DNA of 64,000 nucleotides, from the NCBI GenBank assembly GCA_030704615.1, contig CM060732.1, positions 74,338,001-74,402,000 of the forward strand. The letters are read 5' to 3'. Source of the stretch: Takakia lepidozioides. Lineage: Eukaryota; Plantae; Bryophyta. The notes below the pieces were generated by a model. The model made no database searches. It saw nothing but the letters and a program-made list of their open reading frames with translations, and had not been told where the DNA came from. Shown here piece by piece: positions 61,448-64,000 of this stretch (its first letter is position 1; every line of letters begins with the position of its first letter). The translations under genes were made by a program, and so were the position numbers.

Positions 61448-61892
61448 TCAGGATGGCTTCCGCACGCACTGCACATTCCCAAACCAGCAAAAGACCTTTG
61501 TTACAATCTAGCATGTACATAATCAAACATGAACTGGAGAACACCTCAAGACAGATGATGTTCGCAGTAAAACTACGGGGTCATCAATACTAAAAAGTGC
61601 AACAGGCTGAAGGAATCCCTTGTCGCGTCCAGTGCGAATGAGGATCAATCTCACCAGCCACACATGCGAATTAACAGAAAAACGAAGAGAGTAAAGCCCA
61701 TGACCTGAAGCACATAAACTACGTTCCCCAACGTCTACAAGAATCGAAGGACAGATCACTCACGTTTGAGTACGCAGCGGTGCGGAACTTCTCGCTACCC
61801 CCGTGTGGGCGCACGTCCTCAATAACGTAGCCAAGAGGACTCTCGTACTGCACTGAACTCTTAATACTCTTCTTACCTCCTTTCGTCTCCAT
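61448..61892 (-). CDS. SAMDC conserved small uORF (spliced: 61764-61892 + 61448-61468)
   Basis: METKGGKKSIKSSVQYESPLGYVIEDVRPHGGSEKFRTAAYSN|CVRKPS*, with a GT-AG intron at 61469-61763. Confidence 0.92.
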
Positions 61893-61900
61893 TATAACAT
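61892..61900 (-). promoter_or_regulatory. SAMDC tiny uORF (ATG TTA TAA) overlapping the small uORF start by 1 nt
   Basis: The minus strand reads ATGTTATAATGGAG. A leader intron at ~61911-62527 precedes it. Confidence 0.88.
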
Positions 61901-64000
61901 GCAGGCTCCCTGCAGACATCCCAAACAGCCGAATCAGTACAAAATGTACGTCTCTAAACACAAGAGACGAAGCGAGATACCACTGAACCTACGAAGAAAG
62001 AATAGAGATGACGGATAGCCTACTGTAGGCACTGCGTCAGGCGATCAAAACCAGATGTTCAAGGCAATGTAACCAAGTCTGACCAACGTCTTTAGGTCCC
62101 AAAACGTGAGCTTAAAGATACATCAGCCCGAGGGATGTGGCTAGCGCAAGATAGACACTAGATACCGAGAGACAAACGGTTCCACGCTAAGAAAATCTAC
62201 ACAAGCGCTTAATTGAAAAAAGAATCAACTGGCCAGAGTCCAAGACTGATGATAAAGAGCATCAACACTTGAACAACTTCTCAGATGCTCACAATACACG
62301 ACCAACCGATCAATTCGGTCACAACGGCTCCAAGGAAACAATACAACACAACAAGCAGAAGAACGAGAATGCGATGATGCTAGTATCCTACCGAATGGCC
62401 TCTTCGTCTACAGTAACAAACAAAAATCGGGATGAAAGTCTAAACTTATTCAGAGCCACACAGCACGAGCACGGCACCACGAAAAAAAGCCAAGATGTTA
62501 GTATACAATAGGCGAAGAAGCACTTACAAATACTTCGTCGTGGTGACGACGTGCAAGAAACCTCACTCCCAAAATATTCACCAAGGCTAAAAAGACACGC
62601 TGATATCGCACAACAATTCTGTACAATAACTCTGAACTCCTCGAAACAGATAAAGAACGATCAGAACGACTCCCTCGTTCTCCCACAGATAGAAAGAAGA
62701 AGAGACAGCCCGGCAGGACAAATACAGAGGCCAAAGCACACGATACTTAGGCAAGATCAGCGAGACAGTGAAAACAAACGCACAAACGAGAGAGAGAGCG
62801 AGAGAGAGATGATGCGAGGGCAGCAAGCGCAACGCCCTTGAAGGGCCTGCGCCCTACTGCTGTGCCCTACGATCTCGTCGCTTCCGATCGTGCCACTTGG
62901 CCGAAATCCGAGCCCCTAATCGGTGAGAGCGGCCGGGGGCCGTCGATGGCAGCGTGAGCTGGTCCAAGTGGCGTGGCGGTTTCGTAGTAGGTGAAAGAAT
63001 TAGGTCGCTGCTCGCCACACAGCCTTTTGCAATTTGCTTTTAACTAAATATATAAAAAATATTATCCCATATCATGGCTATCATTCCGTCAGTCGCGTAT
63101 CGAGGTACGCTGACAATAAACACCTGGAAAAGTAAAGGAAAAGCCACCGTACCTGCACGCTGGCGATTGTAACTGCCGCGGCAGCTGTACTCGCCACGTT
63201 CCCATCAATCGAACCACGGAACCCAAGGAGCCTCACAACGCAGGCCCGAATCCCGACACAGGTTCTCAAAGATCTCAGTACGTTCCCATTTCGAGTGGCG
63301 CGCGTGCGAGGCGACGCGGTGCGGCTGACAGCACGTGTCCTGTGCTGACCATGCTCAGTCAAGTCAGCTTTCGTAGACCGCAAGTCTTCCCTGACACCAT
63401 CGCATTAAATGTGGTGAGGCACGCGTTTAAGGATTGACCCCAGGATCAGCGGCTTGCTAACGGCATCATTCTGATTCCCGTGCACATTCTTTAGTCTATT
63501 CTGTGGTGGCCGTTTTGTGAGGTGGCGGGTGGCGAAGCGGCCACATCGGCTCCGATAATGATGTGGATGATAAAGTGGTGTATGAGATGAATGGAATGAC
63601 ATCATCCAAGCCGCTGCGTATTGGCTCCCGAGGGGTGTTCAGGTGGTTCAAGTAGGGAACGCACGCATGTGATTGGGCAGACTGCTGGGATAATCCGCAC
63701 GTGTGGTCGTTGGCGAAAGTAAAAGACGGGTGTGAAGTAAAAGATATGCAACATTCCAATAAGTATCGTCAACACAAGTGCAACGTGACAAGCCGAACAG
63801 CACGGCAAGAATGACTTGTGGGCCCGCCCGCTCACTGCTGCCATGCGTACTGCTTACATTTTCTTTTCTTATCATACCCAAGATATTTCTACTAGGATTC
63901 TAGGGTTGAAACAGTTTGTTTACTGAAATGTCCGACCAGTCAAAGGAAATGTTGTGTTGGCACTCACCTGGAATAGCAATTATAACAACCACCAGTGGGT

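Overview
Eukaryotic nuclear DNA from a non-flowering land plant (bryophyte/lycophyte/fern grade, inferred from an ACR3 gene, a PLS-E PPR gene and an RLE-type LINE). Host genes, left to right: an SF3B3/DDB1/CPSF-A-family (At3g11960-like) gene running off the left edge (-), TBCE (-), SNAPc subunit SNAP43/SNAPC1 (+), RPL14 with an intronless CDS (+), a PLS-E PPR protein (-), a PTC7-type PP2C (+), an ACR3 arsenite exporter with a Cys-rich N-terminal extension (-), tRNA-Val(AAC) (-), and SAMDC with its tiny/small uORF pair (-). About 9.5-23 kb is a nested transposon cluster. It holds a decayed Ty3/Gypsy element, a fragment of a BTB/POZ (At2g30600-like) gene, the 3' end of an RLE (RandI/Dualen-like) LINE, a decayed Ty1/Copia pol, a Tourist-like MITE and a possible Helitron-like repeat. 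The most unusual element is the Gypsy: it carries a ~321-codon extra ORF upstream of gag, a dUTPase-like domain between protease and RT, and a tRNA-Ala-type PBS. The spliced ACR3 N-terminal domain is the second notable item. All calls come from manual reading; no database searches were run, and exon boundaries are approximate unless stated.
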